37,256 nucleotides of DNA from Clostridia bacterium. GTDB taxonomy: Bacteria; Bacillota; Clostridia; Christensenellales; RUG350. The stretch covers positions 1 through 37,256 of the forward strand of contig JAZQYG010000177.1 in the NCBI GenBank assembly GCA_045633305.1, read 5' to 3'. Below are positions 25,400-32,888 of this stretch, piece by piece (the first letter of the stretch is position 1; every line of letters starts with the position of its first letter). The notes under the pieces were generated by a model. That model was not told the origin of the DNA. It saw nothing but the letters and a program-made list of their open reading frames with translations, and did not search any database. A program made the translations under genes and the position numbers.

Positions 25400-26515
25400 T
25401 TAAATGCTTTCAATCCACGTATGCATAACGTTGACACGTTTGAATACGTTAACGTCCCAGAAAGTAACGCTATCGTCGGGATTATAGTTTTGAGAATACT
25501 GCATAAGCATCCTCTTTTTGCCTTTTTTTGTAGGATGGTCTAATACAAGGTTATTAGAATAATAACAAGAATACAACTCGTGTTCTAAAATACAACCTTT
25601 ATCCCAGTTAATTCCGTCTTTTGAAGTGTACAATACAAACCCACTTACTGCCCCTCTTCTACCGTGCAAAATATATTGTCCGTCCAAAATATTTATTTGG
25701 GGATTACGGATTTTTTCAGCGAGGAAACAAGTTCCGCTCTTTTTCCAAGTTTTACCATTGTCGTCACTTATAACGTAGTCCATATGCGTTTCGTCATTTA
25801 TATTATAAGCGTACACGATAAGTTCTCCTTCAAGAGTAAACTGCATAGCGCCGTATGCTCTGCCGTCAGTGCTTTCAAAAGGTACTACGCAATGCTCGTA
25901 GAAAGTTTTGCCGTCGTCATCACTTTTGTAAATACGATATAAGTGTTCTGGTTTGTTTCCAGCAAAATTCACTTCTGCATCATTACAAAACATTAAAACG
26001 TATATTGAATCTCCGTGATAAACTGCGTCGTATATTCTACCTCTATACTCACAAAATTCTTTTGCCTCGCCCCAAGTTTTGCCACCGTCTTCAGAACGAA
26101 GATAAGTCGGCGTATCCCAAGGCTCGCAACAACCGGAACGAAAATAGGTATTTTTTAAACAAAATACGGTTATGCAGTTATTTCCTTTGCTTACCGCTTT
26201 TTCCACGGAAACAGTGCGTTCTCCATCTAAAAAACACTGTTTTGAATAAGGTAATACTTGCACCTCTCCAAAAGTCTGACCGTAGTCTTCAGATATTCTA
26301 TATTCTATCCAACCAAATGCGGAGTGACCAAAGCACCTTTCGTAAGCGCAGTTTGAATTGAAATCAATAATTTTGCCTTTTGCAAATTCTGCAAGAGCGT
26401 GGCTCATATGTCCACTTCTTTTTCTCGCCTCGTTATCAACGTATATTTCCGCCTCTGAAAGATGTAAGTCGTTAACTACGCCTTTTACAACTTGTTCTTT
26501 AATTAAATGGTTCAT
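25400..26515 (-). CDS. BNR/Asp-box repeat beta-propeller protein (sialidase-like superfamily)
   Basis: Five Asp-box-like motifs: SEDYGQTF, SEDGGKTW, SDDDGKTF, SDDNGKTW and SKDGINW. At 371 aa it is the size of a single six-bladed propeller. No signal peptide and no obvious FRIP motif. Confidence 0.7.
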   Translation of the reverse strand: MNHLIKEQVVKGVVNDLHLSEAEIYVDNEARKRSGHMSHALAEFAKGKIIDFNSNCAYERCFGHSAFGWIEYRISEDYGQTFGEVQVLPYSKQCFLDGERTVSVEKAVSKGNNCITVFCLKNTYFRSGCCEPWDTPTYLRSEDGGKTWGEAKEFCEYRGRIYDAVYHGDSIYVLMFCNDAEVNFAGNKPEHLYRIYKSDDDGKTFYEHCVVPFESTDGRAYGAMQFTLEGELIVYAYNINDETHMDYVISDDNGKTWKKSGTCFLAEKIRNPQINILDGQYILHGRRGAVSGFVLYTSKDGINWDKGCILEHELYSCYYSNNLVLDHPTKKGKKRMLMQYSQNYNPDDSVTFWDVNVFKRVNVMHTWIESI

Positions 26516-26540
26516 TGTTATCTCCTAATCAGTTTAAATA

Positions 26541-27317
26541 CTATACATCAACGTGCGTTTTATTTAATTTGTTTAATAAATTTTTTCCGCCTTCAGTAAT
26601 AAGAGCAAAATCTGCGCCTGAAAAAAGCATATCAATTCCCATACTCGACCAGTATTTGAGAACTTCTTCACGCATATCACCAGTTGCTAAACCTATGTAT
26701 TTATTTTTGCTCTTTAATTTTGCAATAGCCTCTTTTATAAGAGCCGTTGTATTCGGCTCGAATACTTGTAACATCTCTCCTATAGAGCCTGACAAATCGT
26801 TAGGTCCAAAAATGTATCCGTCAATCTCGTCAATTTCCATAATTTCGTCCAAATTTTTAATAACGTCGATACACTCGATTTGAATAAATCTCAATAAATC
26901 TTCATTAGAAGTTTTTACGTAACTTTGAGCGCTCTCTAATCCGTAATGGATTGCACCCATAGGCCCGAAACCTCTATTGCCCTTTGGTGGATACAACGAA
27001 AAATCCAGCATTTTCTTGACGTCTTCTACGTTTTGTACCATAGGGAAAATTATTCCGTCTATTCCCATTTCTAATACTTTTTTTGTTGCAGTTAAATCGC
27101 CTTGAGGAACTCTAACCAAAACCCCTGTTCCGTTTGCTTTTGCAATCGTCGTATGAGCCAAAACTTGCTCGTATGACAAATAAGAGTGTTCAAAATCAAT
27201 CCACAAGAAGTCAAATCCAATTCTACTTAAAATATCGGAAACACATACGTCCCCCATATTTATAAGAGTTCCGCATGCCCTTTTCTTTTGACCTATAATC
27301 TTTTCTTTTAACGTCAT
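26541..27317 (-). CDS. HpcH/HpaI-family class II (metal-dependent) 2-keto-3-deoxy-acid aldolase
   Basis: DFLWIDFEHS, VLVRVP, IQIE and FGPNDLSGSIG blocks correspond to the substrate Arg and metal Glu/Asp positions of HpaI/GarL/YfaU-type aldolases. Confidence 0.78.
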   Translation of the reverse strand: MTLKEKIIGQKKRACGTLINMGDVCVSDILSRIGFDFLWIDFEHSYLSYEQVLAHTTIAKANGTGVLVRVPQGDLTATKKVLEMGIDGIIFPMVQNVEDVKKMLDFSLYPPKGNRGFGPMGAIHYGLESAQSYVKTSNEDLLRFIQIECIDVIKNLDEIMEIDEIDGYIFGPNDLSGSIGEMLQVFEPNTTALIKEAIAKLKSKNKYIGLATGDMREEVLKYWSSMGIDMLFSGADFALITEGGKNLLNKLNKTHVDV

Positions 27318-27382
27318 TTTTTTCTCCTAATCCTACACGATTTTTGTAATATACGCATAGCCACGTATACACTTATAAAATA

Positions 27383-27411
27383 ATTATAACAAATAAAAAT
27401 TCAAAATTCAA
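27383..27411 (-). promoter_or_regulatory. Candidate promoter of the aldolase-propeller-deacetylase operon
   Basis: On the minus strand: TTGAAT (27411-27406), 17 nt spacer, TATAAT (27388-27383). The ~60-nt leader contains a small palindrome TATACG-N8-CGTATA (27350-27369). Confidence 0.5.
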
Positions 27412-27475
27412 TATTTCTTCTTGAAATATCGACCGTGCTCAAAAAATAATAAGTTTGAGTGAAATAATAAAACTA

Positions 27476-27509
27476 ATAAAAACGAGTACGCTTATAGCGT
27501 ACTCGTTTA
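27476..27509 (-). terminator. Terminator after the SHOCT membrane protein gene
   Basis: Stem ACGAGTACGC / GCGTACTCGT (27482-27506). The flank is A-rich on the plus strand, which reads as a T-run on the minus strand. Confidence 0.65.
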
Positions 27510-27528
27510 ATATCTAATTCTTTATATA

Positions 27529-28434
27529 TCATTTAATATTTAATAACTGCACTTTTTTCTTTTCGTATTCGTCTATGGTTATGATACCTTCGTCGTAAAC
27601 TTTTCTATACTTTATAAGTATTTCAGGAATTTTCTTTTCGTCTTCAACATTAATACTTGCATTATCAAACATCAATGAATATTTTTTCTTTTCAAACTCT
27701 ATAACGCTAATAACACCTTGAGCGTAAATTTCCTTGTATTGACGAAGTAACTGTGTAATTTCGGTTTCTTTTTCTTGGTTAAAATGCGTTGAAATCACGT
27801 AAGAATTATAAGAATTTGAAACTTGTTTTTCTCTAGCAAGTTGAGAATTTTCAACTTTTACTTCATTATTAATTTCTTGAATCGGTTCTCTTATAAATTT
27901 ATCGCAAACGACGTACGCTATACATAAAATTATTTGAAAAACAAAAGGCCAAAAAGATGCCGTAGCGCAATTTCCTATTTCGTCTAAAATTACAGAGGTC
28001 AATTCACCACCTAAAGAATCGCCCAAAGAACTCTTATACACGCGCATTTCTTCGGCAATTATATTGTTTAAACCTAAGGTAACTGCAATACCAACAACCA
28101 TAAACAAAAAAGATGCAATTATATTCACAAATATCGTATTATTAGAACGCTCACTTATTATCAAATTATATACAGCTAAGCAAAAACTAAATAATGCGCT
28201 AATCAATACGATATAAGAAACTACTCCTAGTAAAATCCCCCAGTTTCCCTCTCCTAACATAATTTGGTCAGCAAATCCAAGCGTTTGAAAACCGTTAATA
28301 CTAAACCCATCAATAAAACTTGATAAAGTTGGCATATAAATGTAATTAAATAAAAGCCCCAACAAGAGAGATAGAGCCGACAAAATCACTATTGTCCCTA
28401 ACAAAATGTCTTTAAACTTATATTTTCTTGACAT
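27529..28434 (-). CDS. Multi-pass membrane protein with two C-terminal SHOCT-like domains
   Basis: About five hydrophobic helices in the first 180 aa. Two repeats follow: LLRQYKEIYAQGVISVIEFEKKKYSL and ILIKYRKVYDEGIITIDEYEKKKVQLL, matching the SHOCT pattern (L..L..L...G.IT..EYE.KK..LL). Confidence 0.7.
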   Translation of the reverse strand: MSRKYKFKDILLGTIVILSALSLLLGLLFNYIYMPTLSSFIDGFSINGFQTLGFADQIMLGEGNWGILLGVVSYIVLISALFSFCLAVYNLIISERSNNTIFVNIIASFLFMVVGIAVTLGLNNIIAEEMRVYKSSLGDSLGGELTSVILDEIGNCATASFWPFVFQIILCIAYVVCDKFIREPIQEINNEVKVENSQLAREKQVSNSYNSYVISTHFNQEKETEITQLLRQYKEIYAQGVISVIEFEKKKYSLMFDNASINVEDEKKIPEILIKYRKVYDEGIITIDEYEKKKVQLLNIK

Positions 28435-28520
28435 ATTTTCTCCTTCGTGAAATAAGTTTATTTTCTTAAAAGTTTACACTCGCCCCCGCAAATTTGTCAA
28501 CTATTTTAGCTTATTTCTAT

Positions 28521-28557
28521 TACAAATAAAGCACCTTGTCAATTTGACAAAGTGCTT
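28521..28557 (-). terminator. Terminator after prfA
   Basis: Imperfect 12-bp stem AAGCACCTTGTC / GACAAAGTGCTT with loop AATTT. The flank is T-rich on the minus strand. Confidence 0.65.
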
Positions 28558-28561
28558 ACTA

Positions 28562-29638
28562 CTAATTCATCCCGTTTGCTTGCTCTAACTTTTTGTTTCT
28601 ATCGTAAAGTTGGAGAGCCTCTATCATTTCGCTCATATCTCCCTCTAAAAATTTATCAAGAGAATACAAGGTAAAGCCTATTCTGTGGTCGGTTACTCGT
28701 CCTTGAGGATAGTTATACGTTCTAATTCTTTCCGACCTATCGCCAGTACCTACTTGAGACTTACGCATATCGGTGTAATCTTTGACCGCTTGTTGCTCGT
28801 AAAAATCGTAAAGTCTGCTCTTGAGTACCTTCATAGCCTTTTCACGGTTTTTAATCTGTGAACGCTCGTCCTCACAAGTAACGACTAAGCCAGTCGGGAG
28901 GTGGGTTATTCTTATTGCGGACTCCGTTTTATTAACGTGCTGACCGCCAGCGCCACCACTACGATAAGTATCAATTTTGAGGTCTTTTTCGTTGATTTCA
29001 ACTTCAATTTCTTCTACTTCGGGCAAAACTGCAACGGTTACCGTACTCGTATGAACTCTTCCTTGTGATTCCGTTTCGGGGACTCTTTGAACTCTGTGTA
29101 CACCACTTTCGTATTTGAGCTTGCTATACGCGCCAAATCCGCTTATAATGAACACAACTTCTTTTACACCACCAAGTTCTGTGACGTTGTTTTCCATAAA
29201 TTGAACGGACCATCTTTGTGATTCGGCGTAATGAATATACATACGCATAAGTTCTGCGCCGAAAAGTCCTGCCTCGTCTCCGCCTGCGCCCGCTCTTATT
29301 TCCATAACGACGTTGTTATCGTCTTTGGGGTCTTTTGGCAAAAGAAGTATTTTGAGTTCCTCAACTACCTCGTCGCGTCTTTCTTTTGCGCCGGAGAGTT
29401 CTCCCCTTGCAATCTCCACGAGTTCGGCATCAGCCCCACCGGATAAAATCTCTTCGTATTCCGATACCTCGCTTTCTGCTGAAAGATATCTATCGTACGT
29501 TTCTACGATAGGCGAAAGAGAAGAGTGCTCTTTTACAAGTTTTTGCCACTCGTCGCGTTTTGCGATAATTTCAGCGTCACTAATTTTTTCTTCAAGTTCA
29601 AAGAATCTTTTTTTTACGTCTTGTAAATTTTCAAACAT
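28562..29638 (-). CDS. prfA: Peptide chain release factor 1
   Basis: GGQ motif (SGGAGGQHVNKTESA) and an RF1-type P-x-T tripeptide (RVQRVPETESQGRVHTS). 358 aa. Confidence 0.94.
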   Translation of the reverse strand: MFENLQDVKKRFFELEEKISDAEIIAKRDEWQKLVKEHSSLSPIVETYDRYLSAESEVSEYEEILSGGADAELVEIARGELSGAKERRDEVVEELKILLLPKDPKDDNNVVMEIRAGAGGDEAGLFGAELMRMYIHYAESQRWSVQFMENNVTELGGVKEVVFIISGFGAYSKLKYESGVHRVQRVPETESQGRVHTSTVTVAVLPEVEEIEVEINEKDLKIDTYRSGGAGGQHVNKTESAIRITHLPTGLVVTCEDERSQIKNREKAMKVLKSRLYDFYEQQAVKDYTDMRKSQVGTGDRSERIRTYNYPQGRVTDHRIGFTLYSLDKFLEGDMSEMIEALQLYDRNKKLEQANGMN

Positions 29639-29639
29639 A

Positions 29640-31412
29640 TTATCTAACCGTAGCGCGGACGACGCGTTCTACACCGTCCAAATCCTTAATTATTTCTATT
29701 GCTTTAAAACTTGCCTCAAACATAAATCCTACCTCTTCTGCTTGACCTATGCCAACTTCAAGATAGATTCTACCCTCTTTATTCAAATATTTAGGAGCGT
29801 TAGTTGCAATTCTTCTATAATAGTCTAATCCGTCACGACCACCAAAAAGCGCGGTGATAGGCTCGTTTTTAACCTCGGGAGCAAGTTTTTTCATATCTTT
29901 TTCACTAATATACGGAGGATTAGACACAATCAAATCGTACTTATCCTCAATTTCATAAAACAAATCAGAGTGAATAAACTTGACTTGCGCTCCGTTTTTA
30001 TCCGCGTTTTCCTTAGCAAGAAATAGAGCCTCGCTTGATATATCAGATGCGTGAATTTCAGCGGTTGTTGCCTTTGCAAGAGCGACAGCTATTGCTCCAC
30101 TACCCGTGCAAAGGTCGAGGACTTTTTGAGGGCCTTTTAATTCCTTTGCAATTAAGTCAACCATAAATTCCGTTTCAAATCTCGGAATTAAGGCTCTTTT
30201 GTCGCATTTGATATTTACGTTATAAAAGTCTTGTTCTCCAAAGATATACTGCAAAGGCTCGCCTTTGAGTCTACGACTAATTATCTCTTCGCATTTTAAT
30301 ATATCTTTTTCGTTGATTTTTTCAATGGTTTTGAGTTCTAATCTTGATACTCCTAAAACGCTTGAAATAATCCACTCTGCCTCCGTTTCGGGGGTTGCGT
30401 TTTTGTTACGAGAAAGTTTATTCGTAGCGTCTATTTTGTATAACGACAAACTCTTTTCTATATCAAACGAAATCTCGGGAACGGACTCGTCTGCATCCAT
30501 TATCATCACCGTTTCAAAGGCTTTGATAGCAACCTCTATCATTGAGTCGTCCGGCTCTTTTGTGGTAAACTTTTGGAGGAAAAGTCCGGGGATTTTGACT
30601 ACTCTTACAAAAGCGTTGTCAAATTTTGCAAGAAGTTTCAAAATCTCGTAGGAAAATCCTGCAACTACGGGCATGAGAAGGAGTCTCAATCCTATTCTTG
30701 CCCACATATTGCCGTCTATTCCAAGTAGTCCCAAAAGAGAAAAGAATACGATACTTACCGCCATTACGATAAACATAAAGGTCGTACCGCATCTATCGTG
30801 TACCTTGCTCTTTTGACGGACGTTTTCTATCGTTAGTTCGTCCCCTTCTTCAAAGCAAGTAATAACTTTATGCTCTGCGCCGTGATATTCAAAAACGCGT
30901 CTTACGTCTTTAACGAGTGAAGTTAATATAATATAGCCTAAAAAAACGAGCATGCGAATAAGCCCCATAATTAGATTCAGAACGAATCCCGATGGGTGCC
31001 AGTTAAATATCGCTTGTATACCACTTGTAATAAACTGCGGTAACATTACGAACAAAAATACTGCAAGCGCAACACCCAAAATAACTCCAAGCCACAAAAC
31101 TACGTCGAAAAGATTTATCTTAAATTTCTTCGCAATCTTTTTTTCAAACTCGGACGGCTCTTCTTCTCCGTAAACTTCGGCGGAGCGCATCAAGGTTTTC
31201 ATACCCTCCACGAGCATCATAAAAAAGTTGATAGCGCCACGAAGAACGGGGACTTTTTTCCACCAAGGAGTTTTAGGATTTAGTCGTTTGCTTTCTACGA
31301 CGATTTTACCTTCAGGAGAGCGCACTGCAGTTGCGACGCTTTTTTCGCCTCGCATCATTACCCCTTCCATTACGGCTTGACCGCCTATTTTGCTACATCT
31401 CTTTTTAGACAA
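29640..31412 (-). CDS. prmC: Fusion protein: N-terminal DUF1385 (YqhQ-like membrane domain) and C-terminal release-factor glutamine N5-methyltransferase PrmC/HemK
   Basis: The N-terminal ~300 aa carry GGQAVMEGVMMRG, YHGAEHKVI, DRCGTTF and several transmembrane helices. The C-terminal ~280 aa carry PLQYIFGEQDFY, VLDLCTGSGAIAVALA (SAM site) and IVSNPPYI (NPPY). It is one uninterrupted frame with a TTG start after an AAGGAG Shine-Dalgarno. Confidence 0.85.
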   Translation of the reverse strand: MSKKRCSKIGGQAVMEGVMMRGEKSVATAVRSPEGKIVVESKRLNPKTPWWKKVPVLRGAINFFMMLVEGMKTLMRSAEVYGEEEPSEFEKKIAKKFKINLFDVVLWLGVILGVALAVFLFVMLPQFITSGIQAIFNWHPSGFVLNLIMGLIRMLVFLGYIILTSLVKDVRRVFEYHGAEHKVITCFEEGDELTIENVRQKSKVHDRCGTTFMFIVMAVSIVFFSLLGLLGIDGNMWARIGLRLLLMPVVAGFSYEILKLLAKFDNAFVRVVKIPGLFLQKFTTKEPDDSMIEVAIKAFETVMIMDADESVPEISFDIEKSLSLYKIDATNKLSRNKNATPETEAEWIISSVLGVSRLELKTIEKINEKDILKCEEIISRRLKGEPLQYIFGEQDFYNVNIKCDKRALIPRFETEFMVDLIAKELKGPQKVLDLCTGSGAIAVALAKATTAEIHASDISSEALFLAKENADKNGAQVKFIHSDLFYEIEDKYDLIVSNPPYISEKDMKKLAPEVKNEPITALFGGRDGLDYYRRIATNAPKYLNKEGRIYLEVGIGQAEEVGFMFEASFKAIEIIKDLDGVERVVRATVR

Positions 31413-31430
31413 TTTTTTCTCCTTAAATTC

Positions 31431-31456
31431 GAAAAAAGGTGCAGAAAAACTGCACC
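31431..31456 (-). terminator. Terminator/attenuator hairpin between rpmE and the DUF1385-prmC gene
   Basis: Stem GGTGCAG (31438-31444) / CTGCACC (31450-31456), loop AAAAA, followed on the minus strand by TTTTTTC. It begins 10 nt after the rpmE stop. Confidence 0.7.
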
Positions 31457-31466
31457 ATTTCTTCTC

Positions 31467-31670
31467 TTAGATGTTGTAACGCTTTTTGAACTTATCAACC
31501 TTACCACCGGAGTCAACGAGTTTTTGTCTGCCGGTAAAGAAGGGATGACACTTGCTACAGATTTCTACTCTGAGTTCTTCAACGTTTTTGGTCGTGCCAG
31601 TCGTAAAAGTCTCGCCACATGCGCAACGAACAGTTACTTCTTTATACTCGGGATGTATACCTTCTCTCAT
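31467..31670 (-). CDS. rpmE: 50S ribosomal protein L31 (Zn-binding type A)
   Basis: MREGIHPEY start, and CxC...CxxC ligands ([16 protein letters not shown]). The ATG at 31670 follows GAGGTGAT. The ORF-track GTG start lies inside that Shine-Dalgarno. Confidence 0.93.
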   Translation of the reverse strand: MREGIHPEYKEVTVRCACGETFTTGTTKNVEELRVEICSKCHPFFTGRQKLVDSGGKVDKFKKRYNI

Positions 31671-31714
31671 CTTTATCACCTCTGCAATTAGTAGTTAATT
31701 TCAATAACGAATCT

Positions 31715-31743
31715 ATTATATAGTAAACCTCAATTTTAGTCAA
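31715..31743 (-). promoter_or_regulatory. Sigma-A promoter for rpmE
   Basis: On the minus strand: TTGACT (31743-31738), 17 nt spacer, TATAAT (31720-31715). Confidence 0.6.
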
Positions 31744-31749
31744 GAGATT

Positions 31750-32790
31750 TTAGACTTTTTCTTCAAAAAGTTCTGTCCTTTCTTTTTCGCCCTCTTTTTC
31801 TAAATTCTCTAAAACTTCTACGGGCGGTGTTATTTCCTGATTTTCAATCGGCGCGGTAACTACAGGCGCGTTTTGGATAACGCTCTTTTTTGCATTACTC
31901 TTTTTAGAAGAATATTTTATCTTCGTTCCAACTGTTTCAGATATGTCGTTTATGGAAACGAAGGCTCTTGGGTCAGTGTCAGCAACTATGGATTTGAGTC
32001 TACCTACTTCAAAACGATTAACTACACAATAGATAGTTACGCTCTTTGCCTTGCTATGATATCCACTTGAAGATATGAGGGTAACCCCTCTACCAAACTC
32101 TTTAGATAGAGCGCCGGCAACTTTGTCTCCTTTGCCCGTAACGATAAAACATCCTTTCGCCTTATCTAAACCGTCTACAACGCCGTCAACTGCTTTTAGT
32201 CCAACGTAGTAGGTTACTATCGAATAAAGTCCTATCGTAAAATCGCCGAAAACGAAACACGCTATAACGTAAAGGACTACGTTGTACGCCATTACGAACT
32301 GACCTACCGTGAGACCGACTTTTTTGGCGAACATTACGGCGGTTGCTTCCATACCGTCCATAGCGCCACCGAATCTAATCGTGAGACCGCTACCTATACC
32401 AGACAAAAGTCCACCGAAGATTGCCGACAAAAACATATCGTGAACGAGCGCCGTTTCTTCTTTTCCAAAATGGAATACGGTTTGATACAGTAAACTCACC
32501 AAAGAATACGTTGCAATTGCTACTATCGAATTTAAAATAAAAGAATAACCAAGCCTCTTTGCGCCAAGCAAAAAGAAAGGAAGATTCAACGCAACGAGGA
32601 AGAAGGCTAACGGCAAAGGGGTAATTTTGTCAAATAGCATTGACGTACCCGATAATCCTCCGTCAAGTATCCCCGATGCAGACAAAAACAAAACTACGCC
32701 GGTCGCATTAATAATACCCGCGATAATAAGTGCAGTGTATCTCACTGCAAGCATTTTAGTTTTTGCTCTTGCTTTTTGTCTCTTATTCAT
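31750..32790 (-). CDS. YitT-family membrane protein (with C-terminal DUF2179-like domain)
   Basis: YitT-like helices (YTALIIAGIINATGVVLFL, LDGGLSGTSML) and a C-terminal soluble domain (GVTLISSSGYHSK...VVNRFEVGRLKSIV). I prefer the ATG at 32790. The ORF-track TTG at 32808 lies inside a TATAAT box. Confidence 0.78.
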   Translation of the reverse strand: MNKRQKARAKTKMLAVRYTALIIAGIINATGVVLFLSASGILDGGLSGTSMLFDKITPLPLAFFLVALNLPFFLLGAKRLGYSFILNSIVAIATYSLVSLLYQTVFHFGKEETALVHDMFLSAIFGGLLSGIGSGLTIRFGGAMDGMEATAVMFAKKVGLTVGQFVMAYNVVLYVIACFVFGDFTIGLYSIVTYYVGLKAVDGVVDGLDKAKGCFIVTGKGDKVAGALSKEFGRGVTLISSSGYHSKAKSVTIYCVVNRFEVGRLKSIVADTDPRAFVSINDISETVGTKIKYSSKKSNAKKSVIQNAPVVTAPIENQEITPPVEVLENLEKEGEKERTELFEEKV

Positions 32791-32799
32791 AATATTATA

Positions 32800-32828
32800 A
32801 TTATACAAAAGTTTATAGTTTATGTCAA
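32800..32828 (-). promoter_or_regulatory. Consensus promoter abutting the yitT-like start codon
   Basis: On the minus strand: TTGACA (32828-32823), 17 nt spacer, TATAAT (32805-32800). Only 9 nt (TATAATATT) separate it from the ATG at 32790, and there is no Shine-Dalgarno. Confidence 0.55.
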
Positions 32829-32852
32829 TTTATTATCGCATCATCTCTTAAT

Positions 32853-32884
32853 CAAAAAGCCCTACGATACACGTAGGACTTTTG
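32853..32884 (-). terminator. Terminator after the ferritin-like gene
   Basis: Stem CCTACG (32861-32866) / CGTAGG (32872-32877), extended by flanking pairs. A T-run follows on the minus strand. Confidence 0.6.
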
Positions 32885-32888
32885 ACAA

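Noticed and set aside
25855-26883. Plus-strand ORFs of 168 aa and 122 aa antisense to the BNR propeller and aldolase genes
   Set aside because: They are shadow ORFs, and the opposite strand carries clear Asp-box and HpcH motifs with good ribosome binding sites.
27350-27369. TATACG-N8-CGTATA palindrome in the leader of the aldolase operon, as a possible operator
   Set aside because: Each arm is only 6 bp, which is easily produced by chance in AT-rich DNA, and no regulator gene is adjacent. I note it under the promoter feature but do not count it as a finding.
28562-29638. Programmed +1 frameshift site in the release factor gene
   Set aside because: The gene is RF1 (P-E-T tripeptide, single uninterrupted frame). 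The autoregulatory frameshift is a feature of RF2 (prfB).
29313-29828. 171-aa plus-strand ORF across the prfA/prmC junction
   Set aside because: It is antisense to two well-supported genes, Ser-rich and low in complexity, with no translation signals.
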